From an uncultured Chloroflexia bacterium (GTDB taxonomy: Bacteria > Chloroflexota > Limnocylindria > Limnocylindrales > CSP1-4), in contig CAVXNF010000006.1 in assembly GCA_963763075.1 (NCBI GenBank), forward strand, positions 159,728 through 223,727: a DNA stretch of 64,000 nucleotides, given 5' to 3'. This document shows, piece after piece, positions 30,718 to 40,695 of the stretch; position 1 is the stretch's first letter; the number at the start of each line of letters is the position of its first letter. Made by a program: the position numbers and the translations under genes. Below the pieces are notes generated by a model. That model ran no database searches. It was not told the DNA's origin and was given only the letters and a program-made list of their open reading frames with translations.

Positions 30718-31356
30718 CTACTCCGGGTCGAACGCCTCGTCCTCGAGGTCCGCCTCAGCGAGCAGGCGCTTCGACACCGACGAGCACACGTCCGGCCCGA
30801 AGCCGTTCCGGGCCAGGAGCGCGTACGCCCGCTGCAGCCGGCGTCGCGGATCGGCCTCGCGGCGGATCGCCGGCAGCTTCTTCGCGAGCAGTCGCTCCGC
30901 GGCCGCCTCGTCGGCGCTGACGCGGCGGCTCGTCCAACTCGGCCGCGGCGACCGACGGCGTCCTCGCGCCGGTCGTCGAGGACCGTGTCCACGAGCGTCG
31001 CGGTCCACGCCCTTCTGGCCGAGCTCGCGGCGGAGCGCGTGCTCGCCGCGCGGCTTCGCGCGGTCCCGGGACTCGACCCAGGCGCGCGCGAACGCGTCGT
31101 CGTCGAGGTAGCCGAGCTCGCCCAGCCGCTCGATCGCGTCCGTCACCAGGTCGGCGCGATACCCGAGGCGGACGAGCTTGCGGCGGACCTCCGCCACGGA
31201 GCGGTGCCGCGCCTCGAGGAAACGCGCGCCGGCCTCGAGGACCTGCGCCGGATCCTCGACCTCGGCGCGCTGCGCACGGCGCTCCGCGGGCGTCGGCTTG
31301 CGCGGCCGGACGTGCCCTGGCGCGTCGCGTCGCCGCGGCCGCGCGTCGTCGGTCAT
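30718..31356 (-). CDS. recX: Recombination regulator RecX; compensating pair of frame changes
   Basis: It starts at ATG 31356. The sequence ...[52 protein letters not shown]...[14 protein letters not shown] matches the family, and the gene sits immediately downstream of recA. Confidence 0.8.
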   Translation of the reverse strand: MTDDARPRRRDAPGHVRPRKPTPAERRAQRAEVEDPAQVLEAGARFLEARHRSVAEVRRKLVRLGYRADLVTDAIERLGELGYLDDDAFARAWVESRDRAKPRGEHALRRELGQKGVDRDARGHGPRRPARGRRRSPRPSWTSRRVSADEAAAERLLAKKLPAIRREADPRRRLQRAYALLARNGFGPDVCSSVSKRLLAEADLEDEAFDPE

Positions 31357-31375
31357 CGCACGGCCAGCGCTGGGC

Positions 31376-32454
31376 CTACTCGGCCTCTTCGATGCCCTCG
31401 ACCGGGACGGCGACGTCGGCCATCTTGGCGCGGATCTGGCGGTCGATCTCGAGCGGCGACGTCCGCGTTGGTCTTGAGGAACTCCTTGGACGCCTCGCGA
31501 CCCTGGCCGAGGCGCGTCTCGCCGAAGGTGAACCAGGCGCCGGTCTTGGTCACGACGTCCATCGCGACGCCGACGTCGAGCAGGCCGCCTTCCTTGCTGA
31601 TCCCCTCGCCGTACATCACGTCGAACTCGGCGACGCGGAACGGCGGCGAGACCTTGTTCTTGACGACCTTCACGCGGACCCGGTTGCCCACCGACTCCGT
31701 GCCCGTCTTGATCGTCTCGACGCGCCGGATGTCGAGGCGCACCGAGGCGTAGAACTTGAGCGCGCGGCCGCCCGGCGTCGTCTCGGGGTTGCCGAACATG
31801 ACGCCGATCTTCTCGCGCAGCTGGTTGGTGAACACGAGCGCGGTGTTCGAGCGCGACACGGCGCCCGGTCAGCTTGCGCAGCGCCTGGCTCATGAGCCGG
31901 GCCTGGATGCCGACGAAGCTGTCGCCCATCTCGCCCTCGATCTCGGCGCGCGGCACGAGCGCCGCGACCGAGTCGACGACGACGATGTCGATGCCGCCGG
32001 AGCGGATCAGGGTCTCGGTGATCTCGAGCGCCTGCTCGCCGGTGTCGGGCTGGCTGACGAGGAGCTCGTCGACGTTCACGCCGCAGGCGCGGGCGTAGCC
32101 CGGGTCGAGCGCGTGCTCGACGTCGATGAAGGCGGCGATCCCGCCGCGCTTCTGGGCCTCGGCGATCACGTGCTGGCAGACGGTCGTCTTGCCCGACGAC
32201 TCCGGGCCGAAGATCTCGGTGATCCGGCCGCGCGGGATGCCGCCGACGCCGAGCGCGAGGTCGAGCGCGATGGACCCGGTGGGGACGGAGTCGACCGACT
32301 GCCGCTCGGCCGACCCGAGCTTCATGATCGAGCCGCGCCCGAACTGCTTCTCGATCGCGAGGATCGCGGCGTCCACGGCGCGTCCGCGCTCGGCGACCGC
32401 CTTGTCCGTTGTCGTCCCGTTGCGGGCGTCCATGTCCTTGCCGGTGATCGTCAT
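31376..32454 (-). CDS. recA: Recombinase RecA; 2 frame changes (about 31860 and 31460)
   Basis: The sequence reads [18 protein letters not shown]...[43 protein letters not shown]...[38 protein letters not shown], then ...[42 protein letters not shown]. An AGGAG SD precedes ATG 32454. Confidence 0.95.
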
Positions 32455-32525
32455 CCTGTCCTCGCTCCTGGCGGCGCTGAGCCGAACCGACGGAGCGGGA
32501 CCCGGTCCCCGCCCGTGGCGCGGCG

Positions 32526-32683
32526 TCAGCCCTCGCCGGACTCCTCGTCCCACCGCGGCTTGCGCTGCTTCTTGATGACCTCCGCCTGTTGCGGAGCCTC
32601 CGAGAGCGGCGTCAGCTTCGGCTGGACGGACTTGTCCTTGGGCTTCTTCTTTGTTCCTTGGAGGGGCGGTCTCGTGAACCCAT
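32526..32683 (-). CDS. Candidate ~52-aa lysine-rich basic protein between tgt and recA; one frame change
   Basis: ATG 32683 is preceded by GGAGG at 8-nt spacing ([10 protein letters not shown]...). A shifted frame then reads [41 protein letters not shown], ending at TGA 32526-32528. The AAG-rich coding is atypical for chance in this GC background. Confidence 0.35.
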
Positions 32684-32723
32684 GAGTCGCCTCCGCGCTG
32701 CATTGACGGTATCGACACGGACT

Positions 32724-33882
32724 TCACGCGGGCTTGGCGGCGCCTTCACCGCCACTCATCCGGACGGCGCGTGCGCGCAATTCCGGCAGTTCGGACGGGG
32801 AAGGTTCCGGCGCGGATCGCGGCCCGGATTCTGGTGCATGAAGTCTAGGGTGAAGGTGAGGTTGTGACAAGTCGCGAGCCGGTACGCGAGCATCTCCTTG
32901 GCCCGGAACAGATGGGCCAGATAGGCCCTCGAGAACCGGGTGCAGAGCGGGCACGGACAGCCCTCCTGGACCGGTCGCGGATCGTCCAGGATACTGCGCG
33001 TTGCGCAGGTTCAGCCGGCCGCCCGGGACCCACAGCTGGCCGTTGCGCGCGACCCGGGCCGGCAGCACCGAGTCGAACAGGTCGATGCCCCGGTGGACCG
33101 CGTCGAGCAGGTCGAGCGGCGAGCCGAGGCCCATGAGGTAGCGCGACCGCGCGCGTCGCCGTCGAGGAGCGGGACCGTGGCGTCGAGCGTCGCGTTGCGC
33201 TGCTCCGGCGTCTCGTCGCCGGCGAGCCCGCCGATGTTGATGCCGTCGAACGGCAGCGACGCGATGAACCGCGCCGACTCCGCGCGCATGCCCGGGTCGA
33301 GCCCGCCCTGGACGATCCCGAACAGCGCCTGGTCGGTGCGCGTGTGGGCGGCGAGCGACCGCTCGGCCCAGCGGTGGGTCCGGTCGCATCGCCTCGCGCA
33401 CGACCGCGCGCGGCGAGCTCGGGAACACCGGCTGGTCGAACGCCACCGCGATGTCCGGCCCCAGCGCCTCCTGGACCGCGATCGAGTGCTCCGGCGTGAA
33501 CCGGTGGATCGAGCCGTCGAGGTGGCGACTTGAACGTCGACCCCGTCGTCGTCGATCACCCGCAGGTCGCCGAGCGACACGACCTGGAAGCCGCCCGAGT
33601 CGGTGAGGATCGGCCGGTCCCAGCCCATGAACGCGTGGAGCCCGCCGAGGCGCTCGGATCCGCTCGTGGCCCGGCCGCAGGTAGAGGTGGTACGTGTTGG
33701 CGAGGACGATCGACGCGCCGGCCGCCGCGACCTCGTCGGGGTGGAGCGCCTTGATCGTCGCGTTCGTGCCGACGGGCATGAACTGCGGCGTCTCGACGAC
33801 GCCGTGGGGCAGCGTCAGGCGGCCGAGCCGGGCGCGCGTGGCCGTCGGCGGCGGCGGGACTGGACGAGGCGGCGCCGGTCAC
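32724..33882 (-). CDS. tgt: Queuine tRNA-ribosyltransferase; about 6 frame changes
   Basis: The pieces are ...[29 protein letters not shown]...[13 protein letters not shown], ...[13 protein letters not shown], ...ALFGIVQGG..., ...[32 protein letters not shown] and the C-terminal CxCxxC region. GTG 33882 overlaps the upstream stop. Confidence 0.9.
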
Positions 33883-34085
33883 GTCAGCGCGGTTAGCAGC
33901 GCAGGACACCGAGCGACGATCGACACCACGAGCATCGTCCCGAGCGGGATGAAGATCGTGACGTTCTCGCGCTCGATCGGATGTCGCCCGGCAGGTGCCG
34001 AGACGGGATCCGCGGCCGAACATCACCAGCCCGGGACGATCACGCCCGACGACGACAGGATCCGGCCCACGGCCATCGCGGTCAT
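33879..34085 (-). CDS. Candidate ~68-aa hydrophobic peptide wedged between ruvB and tgt (in-frame TGA or two indels)
   Basis: Its ATG (34083-34085) overlaps the ruvB stop as ATGA, and its stop overlaps the tgt GTG as GTGA. It translates to [67 protein letters not shown]. Confidence 0.3.
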
Positions 34086-35157
34086 CGGGTCGGGAGTCGT
34101 CCCACAGCGCCGGCATGTCGGCTCGGCGCGCGCGGGGCGGGATCTCGAGCCCGAGGCTCGCGAGGTGCTGCGCGGGCGCGCCTCGGTGGCGATCCGGCCC
34201 TGCGGCGTCCGGTCGAGGAAGCCGAGGCGGAGGAGGAACGGCTCGTACACGTCCTCGATCGTCTCGGGCTCCTCGGCGAGCACCGCCGCGAGCGCCTGGA
34301 CGCCGACCGGCCCCGACGGCGAACTTCTGGATGATCGCGGCGAGCAGCTTGCGGTCGGTCGTGTCGAGGCCCAGCGTCGTCGATGTCGAGGACCTGCATC
34401 GCCTCGATCGACGGAGTCTCGTGGATCGTGCCGTCGCCGTGGACCTCGGCGTGGTCGCGGACCCGGCGGAGCAGCCGGTTGACGATCCGCGGCGTGCCCC
34501 GGCCGCGCTTCGCGATCAGGCGCGCGGCGTCCGGCGTCGACCTCCACGCCCAGGATCCCCGCCGACCGCCGGACGATCGCCGTCAGCTCGTCCTCGTCGT
34601 AGAAGTCGAGCCGGTACGTCATCCCGAACCGGTCGCGCAGCGGCGCCGCTGATCCGGCCGGCACGCGTCGTGGCGCCGACGACCGTGAACGGCTTGAGGC
34701 TCAGGCGCAGGCTCCGCGCGCTCGGGCCCTTGCCGATCATCACGTCGAGCGCGAAGTCCTCCATCGCCGGGTAGAGGATCTCCTCGACCGCCCGGTTGAG
34801 GCGGTGGATCTCGTCGATGAACAGGACGTCGCGCTCGTCGAGCGCGGTGAGGATCGCGGCGAGGTCCCCCGCCCGCTCGACCGCCGGGCCGCTCGTGTAG
34901 CGGACGTTCACGCCGAGCTCGCGGGCGATGATCGTCGCGAGGGTCGTCTTGCCGAGGCCGGGCGGGCCGTAGAGGAGGACGTGGTCCGCCGCCTCTCCCC
35001 TCCCCTTCGCCGCCTGGAGGAGCACGTCGAGGCTCGCCTTGACCTCGCGCTGGCCGATGTACTCGTCGAGCGTCCGCGGGCGCAGCGAGCCTTCCACGGC
35101 GAGCTCGCCGAGGTCGCTCGCGCCGGCCGCCAGGAGGCTCAGCGGGTCGTCGCTCAT
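34082..35157 (-). CDS. ruvB: Holliday junction branch-migration ATPase RuvB; about 3 frame changes
   Basis: The sequence reads [67 protein letters not shown]...[24 protein letters not shown] (ORF 34516..35232), then ...[21 protein letters not shown]... (ORF 34023..34664). Confidence 0.9.
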
Positions 35158-35188
35158 CGGGCGGAGTCTAGCAGGTGGCGTGCTCGTT

Positions 35189-35204
35189 TGGTACAGATGT
35201 TCGA
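35189..35204. promoter_or_regulatory. Weak LexA/SOS-box-like element in the ruvB / S9-peptidase divergent region
   Basis: TGGTACAGATGTTCGA matches TCGAAC-N4-GTTCGA perfectly in the right half, with 2 mismatches in the left half. Confidence 0.2.
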
Positions 35205-35255
35205 CAGCCGAGAATGGTCCGTCGCGCCGCATGCGACCGGTGCAATGATGGCCCC

Positions 35256-37295
35256 ATGAGTGATCCGTTCACGATCGACACCATGCTCCGCCTCCCCCGC
35301 CTGTCGTCGCTCAAGCTGAGCCCCGATGGCACGCGGCTCGTCGTCGCCGTGGGCGGCGTCGCGCCCGACGGGAAGTCGATGGCGACCTCGCTGTGGCAGG
35401 TCGACCCCGACGACGCGGCCCCGGCGCGGCGGCTGACCCGCTCCGTCCAGGGCGAGGGCGCCGGCATCGCGTTCCTGCCCGACGGCGCGCTGCTGTTCGA
35501 GTCGATGCGACCGGACCCGGACGCCAAGCCGGACCCCGAGAAGAAGGTCAACGCGCTGTGGGCCCTGCCGGCCGCCGGTGGCGAGGCGCGGCTCCTCGTC
35601 GCGCCCGAGGGCGGCGTGTGCGGCATCGCGGTCGCGCGCGACGCGCACGCGCTCGTGTTCGGGGCCAACGTCCAGCGCGGCTCGCGCGACTTCGCCGGCG
35701 ACACGGAGCGGACGAAGGCGCGCAAGGACGCCGGCGTCGAGGCGCTGCTGTTCGACGACTACCCGATCCGCCACTGGGACCACTACCTGGGGCCGCGGCT
35801 CCGCCGCCTGTACGCGGCGACCGTGCCCGAGGGCGAGGAGCGGATCGACGAGCCGCGCGACCTCGACGAGGCGGTCACCGGCTTCACGTTCGACGAGTCG
35901 GACGCCGACATCAGCCCGGACGGCTCGTTCGTCGTCGCCGTCCGGCGCGTGTACGCAGGGCTTCCCCGAGACGTACGACGACCTCGTCCGCTACGACGTC
36001 GCGAGCGGCGAGGCCACGCAGCTGACGCACGCCGATGCCGCGTACGTCCACCCGATGATCTCGCCCGACGGCCGCTGGGTCGCGGCGGCGCGGTTCACGT
36101 ACGCCACGCCCGACGAGGCGGAGCGGATGACGCTCGTCCTGCTCGACGCGACGACCGGCGAGCAGCGCCAGCTCGCCGCGGAGGCGGACCGCCGTCCGGA
36201 CTCGATCGTCTGGGGACCGGATGCGTCGACGCTCTACTTCACGGCCGACGACGAGGGCAACCACTCCGCGTATCGCGTCGACCTGCCGGACGGCACGGTG
36301 ACCCGGCTCACCGCGGAGGGCGCGGTCACCGACCTCTGCCCGACCCCGGACGGCACGGCGGTGTACGCCCTCCAGTCGTCGTACGCGCACCCGCCGCGCG
36401 TCGTGCGGTTCGATGCCCGGACCGCGGACCAGGTCCCGCACCACCTCGCGAACGGCGTCGACGAGCACGGGATCGTCGCGCCCGGCGTCGTCGAGCGGGT
36501 CAGCGCGACCGCCGAGGACGGCACGCCGCTCGGCGGCTGGCTCGTCCGCCCGCCGACCGCGTCCGCCGCGAACCCGGCGCCGCTCGTCGTGTTCGTGCAT
36601 GGCGGGCCGCTCGGCTCGTGGAACATGTGGCACTGGCGCTGGAACCCGCACATCCTCGTCGAGCGCGGGTACGCGATCGTCCTCCCCGACCCTGCGCTGT
36701 CGACCGGCTACGGCCAGCAGATGCTCGACCGCGGCTGGGGGCAGTGGGGCGGCACGCCGTACACCGACATCATGGCCGTGACCGACGTCGCGGTCGCCCG
36801 CGACGACATCGACGGCGAACCGTCGGGCTCATGGGCGGCTCGTACGGCGGCTACATGGCGAACTGGGTGGCCGGCCACACGGACCGGTTCAAGGCGATCG
36901 TCACCCACGCCTCGCTGTGGGAGCTGCTCGGGTTCCACGGGACGACCGACCACGGGCCGGCCTGGGAGCACGAGATGGGCGACCCGTACGTGGACCCGTC
37001 GGGCTACCTGCGCAACTCGCCCCGCGAGTTCCTGTCCGCGATGGCCGAGGCGAAGACGCCGATGCTCGTCATCCACGGCGAGAAGGACCACCGCGTCCCG
37101 ATCTCCGAGGCGCTCATCCTGTGGACGGACATGCAGCGCCTGGGCATCCCCGGCAAGTTCCTGTACTTCCCGGACGAGAACCACTGGATCCTCAAGCCGC
37201 AGAACGCCCGGCTCTGGTACGGGACGGTGCTCTCGTTCCTCGACGAGCACCTGTGCGGGATCCCGTTCCAGCGCGACCCGCTGCTCGGCGGCTGA
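35256..37295 (+). CDS. S9-family serine peptidase (prolyl oligopeptidase / acylaminoacyl peptidase type); 2 frame changes
   Basis: An N-terminal beta-propeller region is followed by the catalytic domain ...FVHGGP...[14 protein letters not shown]...[13 protein letters not shown]...DENHW. The pieces lie in ORFs 35175..37295 and 35578..37305. Confidence 0.85.
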   Translation: MSDPFTIDTMLRLPRLSSLKLSPDGTRLVVAVGGVAPDGKSMATSLWQVDPDDAAPARRLTRSVQGEGAGIAFLPDGALLFESMRPDPDAKPDPEKKVNALWALPAAGGEARLLVAPEGGVCGIAVARDAHALVFGANVQRGSRDFAGDTERTKARKDAGVEALLFDDYPIRHWDHYLGPRLRRLYAATVPEGEERIDEPRDLDEAVTGFTFDESDADISPDGSFVVAVRRVYAGLPRDVRRPRPLRRRERRGHAADARRCRVRPPDDLARRPLGRGGAVHVRHARRGGADDARPARRDDRRAAPARRGGGPPSGLDRLGTGCVDALLHGRRRGQPLRVSRRPAGRHGDPAHRGGRGHRPLPDPGRHGGVRPPVVVRAPAARRAVRCPDRGPGPAPPRERRRRARDRRARRRRAGQRDRRGRHAARRLARPPADRVRREPGAARRVRAWRAARLVEHVALALEPAHPRRARVRDRPPRPCAVDRLRPADARPRLGAVGRHAVHRHHGRDRRRGRPRRHRRRTVGLMGGSYGGYMANWVAGHTDRFKAIVTHASLWELLGFHGTTDHGPAWEHEMGDPYVDPSGYLRNSPREFLSAMAEAKTPMLVIHGEKDHRVPISEALILWTDMQRLGIPGKFLYFPDENHWILKPQNARLWYGTVLSFLDEHLCGIPFQRDPLLGG

Positions 37296-37329
37296 CCGGG
37301 GCTGACCGGGCGCGGCTCCGGGCGAGGCC

Positions 37330-38509
37330 TCAGGCCGACAGCACGCCGTCTGCGCCGGCCGCCGCGAGCGCCTCGAGGCGCGGCAGCAGCGCGGCCGGTT
37401 CCGGCATCGCGGCGATCTCCGCCGCCGACCCGCCGTGCGGCGGTCCGGTAGGCCGGGTCGTCGAGGACGGTCCGGGTCGCGCGGGCGACGTCGTCGGGGC
37501 CACGCGCCTCGGGCGGGAGCGCGATGCCGACGCCCGCCGCGACGCACCGGTCCGCGTTCTCGGGCTGATCGGCGGCGACGGGCAGCAGCACGAGCGGCAC
37601 GCCCGCCGCCAGGGCCGCGAGCATCGTCCCGGAGCCCGCGTGGAACACGAGCGCATCGGCGGTGGCGAGCAGGCGCGACATCGGGACCCAGCGCTCGACG
37701 TGGACGCGCGGCCCGCGCTCGCCCAGCGCCGCGGGATCCAGCTCCTGCCCGACGGCGGCGACGATCTCCGCGTCGAGCGTCTCGAGCCCGTCGAGCAGCC
37801 CGTCGAGGGCGTCCGTGCGATCCGGCAGCATCGTGCCCAGCGTGACGGCGACTCGCGGCCGGCCCGCCGGTCGTTCGTCGACCCACGACGGGACGGGGCC
37901 CTGGACGTCGTCGAGCGCGACGGGCCGGACCGGGACGGCGGTCGCGGGCGGCGGGTCGTCCGGGTTGAGCAGCGACGGCGGGCGCGTGCCGAGATAGCCG
38001 TGGCGGTGCCAACGCTCGAGCCCGGGATCCGCGGCCAGCCCGAGGGACGCCCGAAGCGCGTTGAGCGGCTCGGACGAGAGCCGGAGGCTGGTCCCCCGCC
38101 ACGCCGTCGCCGCGTAGGCGACATGCGGGATCCCGAGCCGCTCGGCGGCGATCCACGAGCCCTGCTCGCTGTCCTCGTGGATCACGAGGTCCGGCGGCCA
38201 GTCGCGGGCGAGCTCGAGCGTCGCCGCGGCGAGCTCGGGGGCAAGGATCCCGGCGAACACCCGTTGCCAGACGAAGGCCGCGCGTCGGCGGCCCGTGAGC
38301 CCCTCGCGTTCGGGCACCTGCACGAACACCGACGGCAGGTCGGGCGAACCGGCGACCCGGTGCGGCAGCCCGACGCGCTCGACGGCCGGGCCGATGCTCG
38401 CGCCACCGACGACGACCACGTCGTGTCCGGCGTCGCGGGCGGCGAGCGCGAGCGGGAGCAGCGGGAGCACGTGGCCGAGGGCGGGGTTCGTGACGAACGC
38501 GATCCGCAT
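37330..38509 (-). CDS. GT1-family (MGT/UDP-glycosyltransferase-like) glycosyltransferase; one frame change near 37440
   Basis: The sequence reads MRIAFVTNPALGHVLPLLPLALAARDAGHDVVVV...LVFHAGSGTMLAALAAGVPLVLLPVAADQPENA within long ORF 37004..39292. The C-terminus is in ORF 37330..38124. Confidence 0.8.
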
Positions 38510-38522
38510 GGCCGGCCTCCCG

Positions 38523-39117
38523 TCAGTCGCGCAGCAGCGTCCGCAGGGCGGCCTTGACCCGCTCCTCGAGCCCGGCGCCGACCGTCGCGTCGTTGAGCGC
38601 GAGCCGCGACGCCTCGCGCGCCTCGCCCAGCGAGTAGCCGAGCGCCTGGAGCGCCGCGACGACCTCGCCCTCGGACGCGCTCGCGACCGCGGTGGACGAG
38701 CCCGCCGCGACACCCGCCGCGGACACCTTCTCCTTGAGCTCGAAGATGATCCGCTCGGCGAGCTTCTTGCCGATGCCCGGGATCGCGACGAGCACCGCCT
38801 GGTCCTGCTGGAGGATCGCCAGCTGCAGGTCCGCGGTGGCCCGCGACCCGACGATCGCCAGCGCCACCTTCGGGCCCGACGCCGGTCACCGTGAGCAGCA
38901 GGTTGAAGAACCCCAGCTCCTCCGGCGTCCGGAACCCGAACAGCGCCTGCTGGTCCTCGCGGACGAGGTGGTAGGTGTGGAGCTTGAGCGTCCCGCCCGG
39001 CGTCGCGGTGGCGATGACCGACGGCGCGGCGAACACCCGGTAGCCGATCCCGCCGACCTCGATCACGAGCGAGTCGACCGCGACCGCCCCGACCCTGCCC
39101 TCGACCGACGCGATCAC
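38523..39117 (-). CDS. ruvA: Holliday junction DNA helicase subunit RuvA; one frame change near 38870
   Basis: It starts at GTG 39117 ([29 protein letters not shown]...[24 protein letters not shown]), then continues ...[19 protein letters not shown]...[12 protein letters not shown] in ORF 38523..38867. Confidence 0.9.
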
Positions 39118-39129
39118 GGCGCGCGGTGC

Positions 39130-39774
39130 CTAGCCGCGGGCCTTGGCGCCGGCCGCCGCCTTGCGAGGCCCGGGTCTCGGTCGCGATCGCCTCGCGGACG
39201 GCACGTTCGTAGGGCGTCTCGCCGCGTGCGATCGGGGCGATCGCGGCGCGGTCCAGGACGCCGGCCTTGGCACCGGCGGTCCCGCCGTTCACGCGGTCCC
39301 CGGCACGCTCGGCGTTGGCGGTCGAGATCGCGATCGCCAGCGCATCGGCGGTGTCGTCGGGATGCGGGCACCTCGGCGAGCTGGAGGATCACGGCGACCA
39401 TGCGCCCGACCTGCTCCTTGTCCGCGTTGCCGTAGCCCGTGACGCCGACCTTGACCTCGTTGGGCGTCGCCTCGCGGACGGGCACGCCGGCCTGCGCGGC
39501 CGCGAGCAGCACGACGCCGCGCGCCTGGCCGACGCCGAACGCGCTCTGGGCGTTCTTGCGAGAAGAACAGCCGCTCCACGGCGAGCAGGTCCGGGTGATG
39601 GGTCTCGATCAGCTCCGCGACGCACGCGTGGATCGCGGCCAGGCGATCGGGCAGCGGCAGGTCCGCGGACGTGGTCAGGGCGCCGTAGTCGACCGCGCGG
39701 AGGCTTCCGCCCCGCCGCTCGACGATCCCGTAGCCCATCGTCGCCGTCCCGGGATCGATCCCGAGGATGATCAC
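39130..39774 (-). CDS. ruvC: Crossover junction endodeoxyribonuclease RuvC; about 3 frame changes
   Basis: The sequence reads [35 protein letters not shown]... (ORF 39289..39774), then [38 protein letters not shown] (ORF 39114..39512), then a C-terminal extension in the frame of ORF 37004..39292. Confidence 0.85.
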
Positions 39775-40520
39775 CCGGCGAGCTCGGCGAGCACTTCCTC
39801 GGGGATGTCCACGTTGGTCGTCACGCGCTGCACGTCGTCGAGGTCCTCGAGCAGGTCGACCATGCGCATCGCCTTGCGCACCTGGTCCGCCTCGAGGCTC
39901 ACCGTCTGCTTGGCGAGCATCGCGGACTCCGCGCCATCGACGTTCACGCCGGCCGCGTCGAGCGCCTTGCGCACGCCCTCGAGGTCGCCCGGCTCGGTGT
40001 AGATCTCGATCGGGTCGGACTCGGTGTCGACGTCGACGGCCCCGGCGTCGATCGCGGCCAGGGCCACCTCGTCCGGGTCGCCGCCGTCACGGGGGACGGT
40101 GATCAGGCCGCGGGCCTCGAACTGCCACGCGACCGCGCCCGAGCCGGCGAGCTGGCCGCCGGTCTTGGTGAAGATCGAGCGGACCTCGGCGGCCGTGCGG
40201 TTGCGGTTGTCGGTCGCGGCCTCGACGAGGACCGCCACGCCGCCGGGGCCGTAGCCCTCGTAGACGATCTCCTCGTACTGCTCGGCCTCGCCGCCGCCGG
40301 TCGCCTTCTCGATCGACCGCTTGATGTTGTCCGCGGGCATGTTGATCGAGCGCGCCTTGTCGATGGCGAGCCGGAGCCGGTAGTTGGCGTCCGGGTCACC
40401 GCCGCCCGCGCGCGCCGCGACCGCGATCTCGCGCGCGACCTTCGTGAACATCGCGCTGCGCTTGGCGTCGTTGACGCCCTTCTGGCGCTTGATCGTGGAC
40501 CATTTGGAATGTCCAGACAT
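39771..40520 (-). CDS. yebC: YebC/PmpR-family transcriptional regulator
   Basis: Intact 249-aa ORF beginning MSGHSKWSTIKRQKGVNDAKRSAMFTKVAREI...YEGYGPGGVAVLVEAATDNRNRTAAEVR. Its stop overlaps the ruvC start. Confidence 0.9.
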   Translation of the reverse strand: MSGHSKWSTIKRQKGVNDAKRSAMFTKVAREIAVAARAGGGDPDANYRLRLAIDKARSINMPADNIKRSIEKATGGGEAEQYEEIVYEGYGPGGVAVLVEAATDNRNRTAAEVRSIFTKTGGQLAGSGAVAWQFEARGLITVPRDGGDPDEVALAAIDAGAVDVDTESDPIEIYTEPGDLEGVRKALDAAGVNVDGAESAMLAKQTVSLEADQVRKAMRMVDLLEDLDDVQRVTTNVDIPEEVLAELAG

Positions 40521-40695
40521 CGGGCGCGAGTATACCGACTATCATCGAGTGAACGGGATCGTCGCCCGGGCGCGTGAGCGCCCCGCCCGCACCATGCCAG
40601 CGGGCCCGCATCGCAGCTCCAGCGCACCACCTGCGCCCACCGTTCCGTCGCGGCCGGGGCCGGTCCGACGGTTGCACCGAGAGGTACCGCGCGCG

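Noticed and set aside
32455-32525. A LexA/SOS box upstream of recA.
   Set aside because: Only a half-site is present (CGAAC at about 32484). The partner half, 4 nt away, reads GGAGC instead of GTTCG.
33879-34085. The in-frame TGA as evidence of stop-codon reassignment or selenocysteine.
   Set aside because: TGA is used as an ordinary stop by many well-supported genes here (acyl-CoA synthetase, ruvB, hisB, hisF, hisIE, tyrS, mutS2). No SECIS-like hairpin is evident, and two compensating indels explain it better.
81-35010. A recurrent GGGGAGGGG / CCCCTCCCC 9-mer (for example at 81-96, 4312-4322, 9762-9772, 14449-14458, 16786-16795, 16940-16949, 18246-18255 and 34993-35003), considered as a dispersed repeat or G-quadruplex signal.
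   Set aside because: I saw about 9 copies on both strands, against roughly 5 expected from base composition (a rough mental estimate). Most copies lie inside coding frames as Gly-Glu-Gly/Gly-Arg-Gly codons or in SD sequences. Their flanks share no similarity, and few have four G-tracts.
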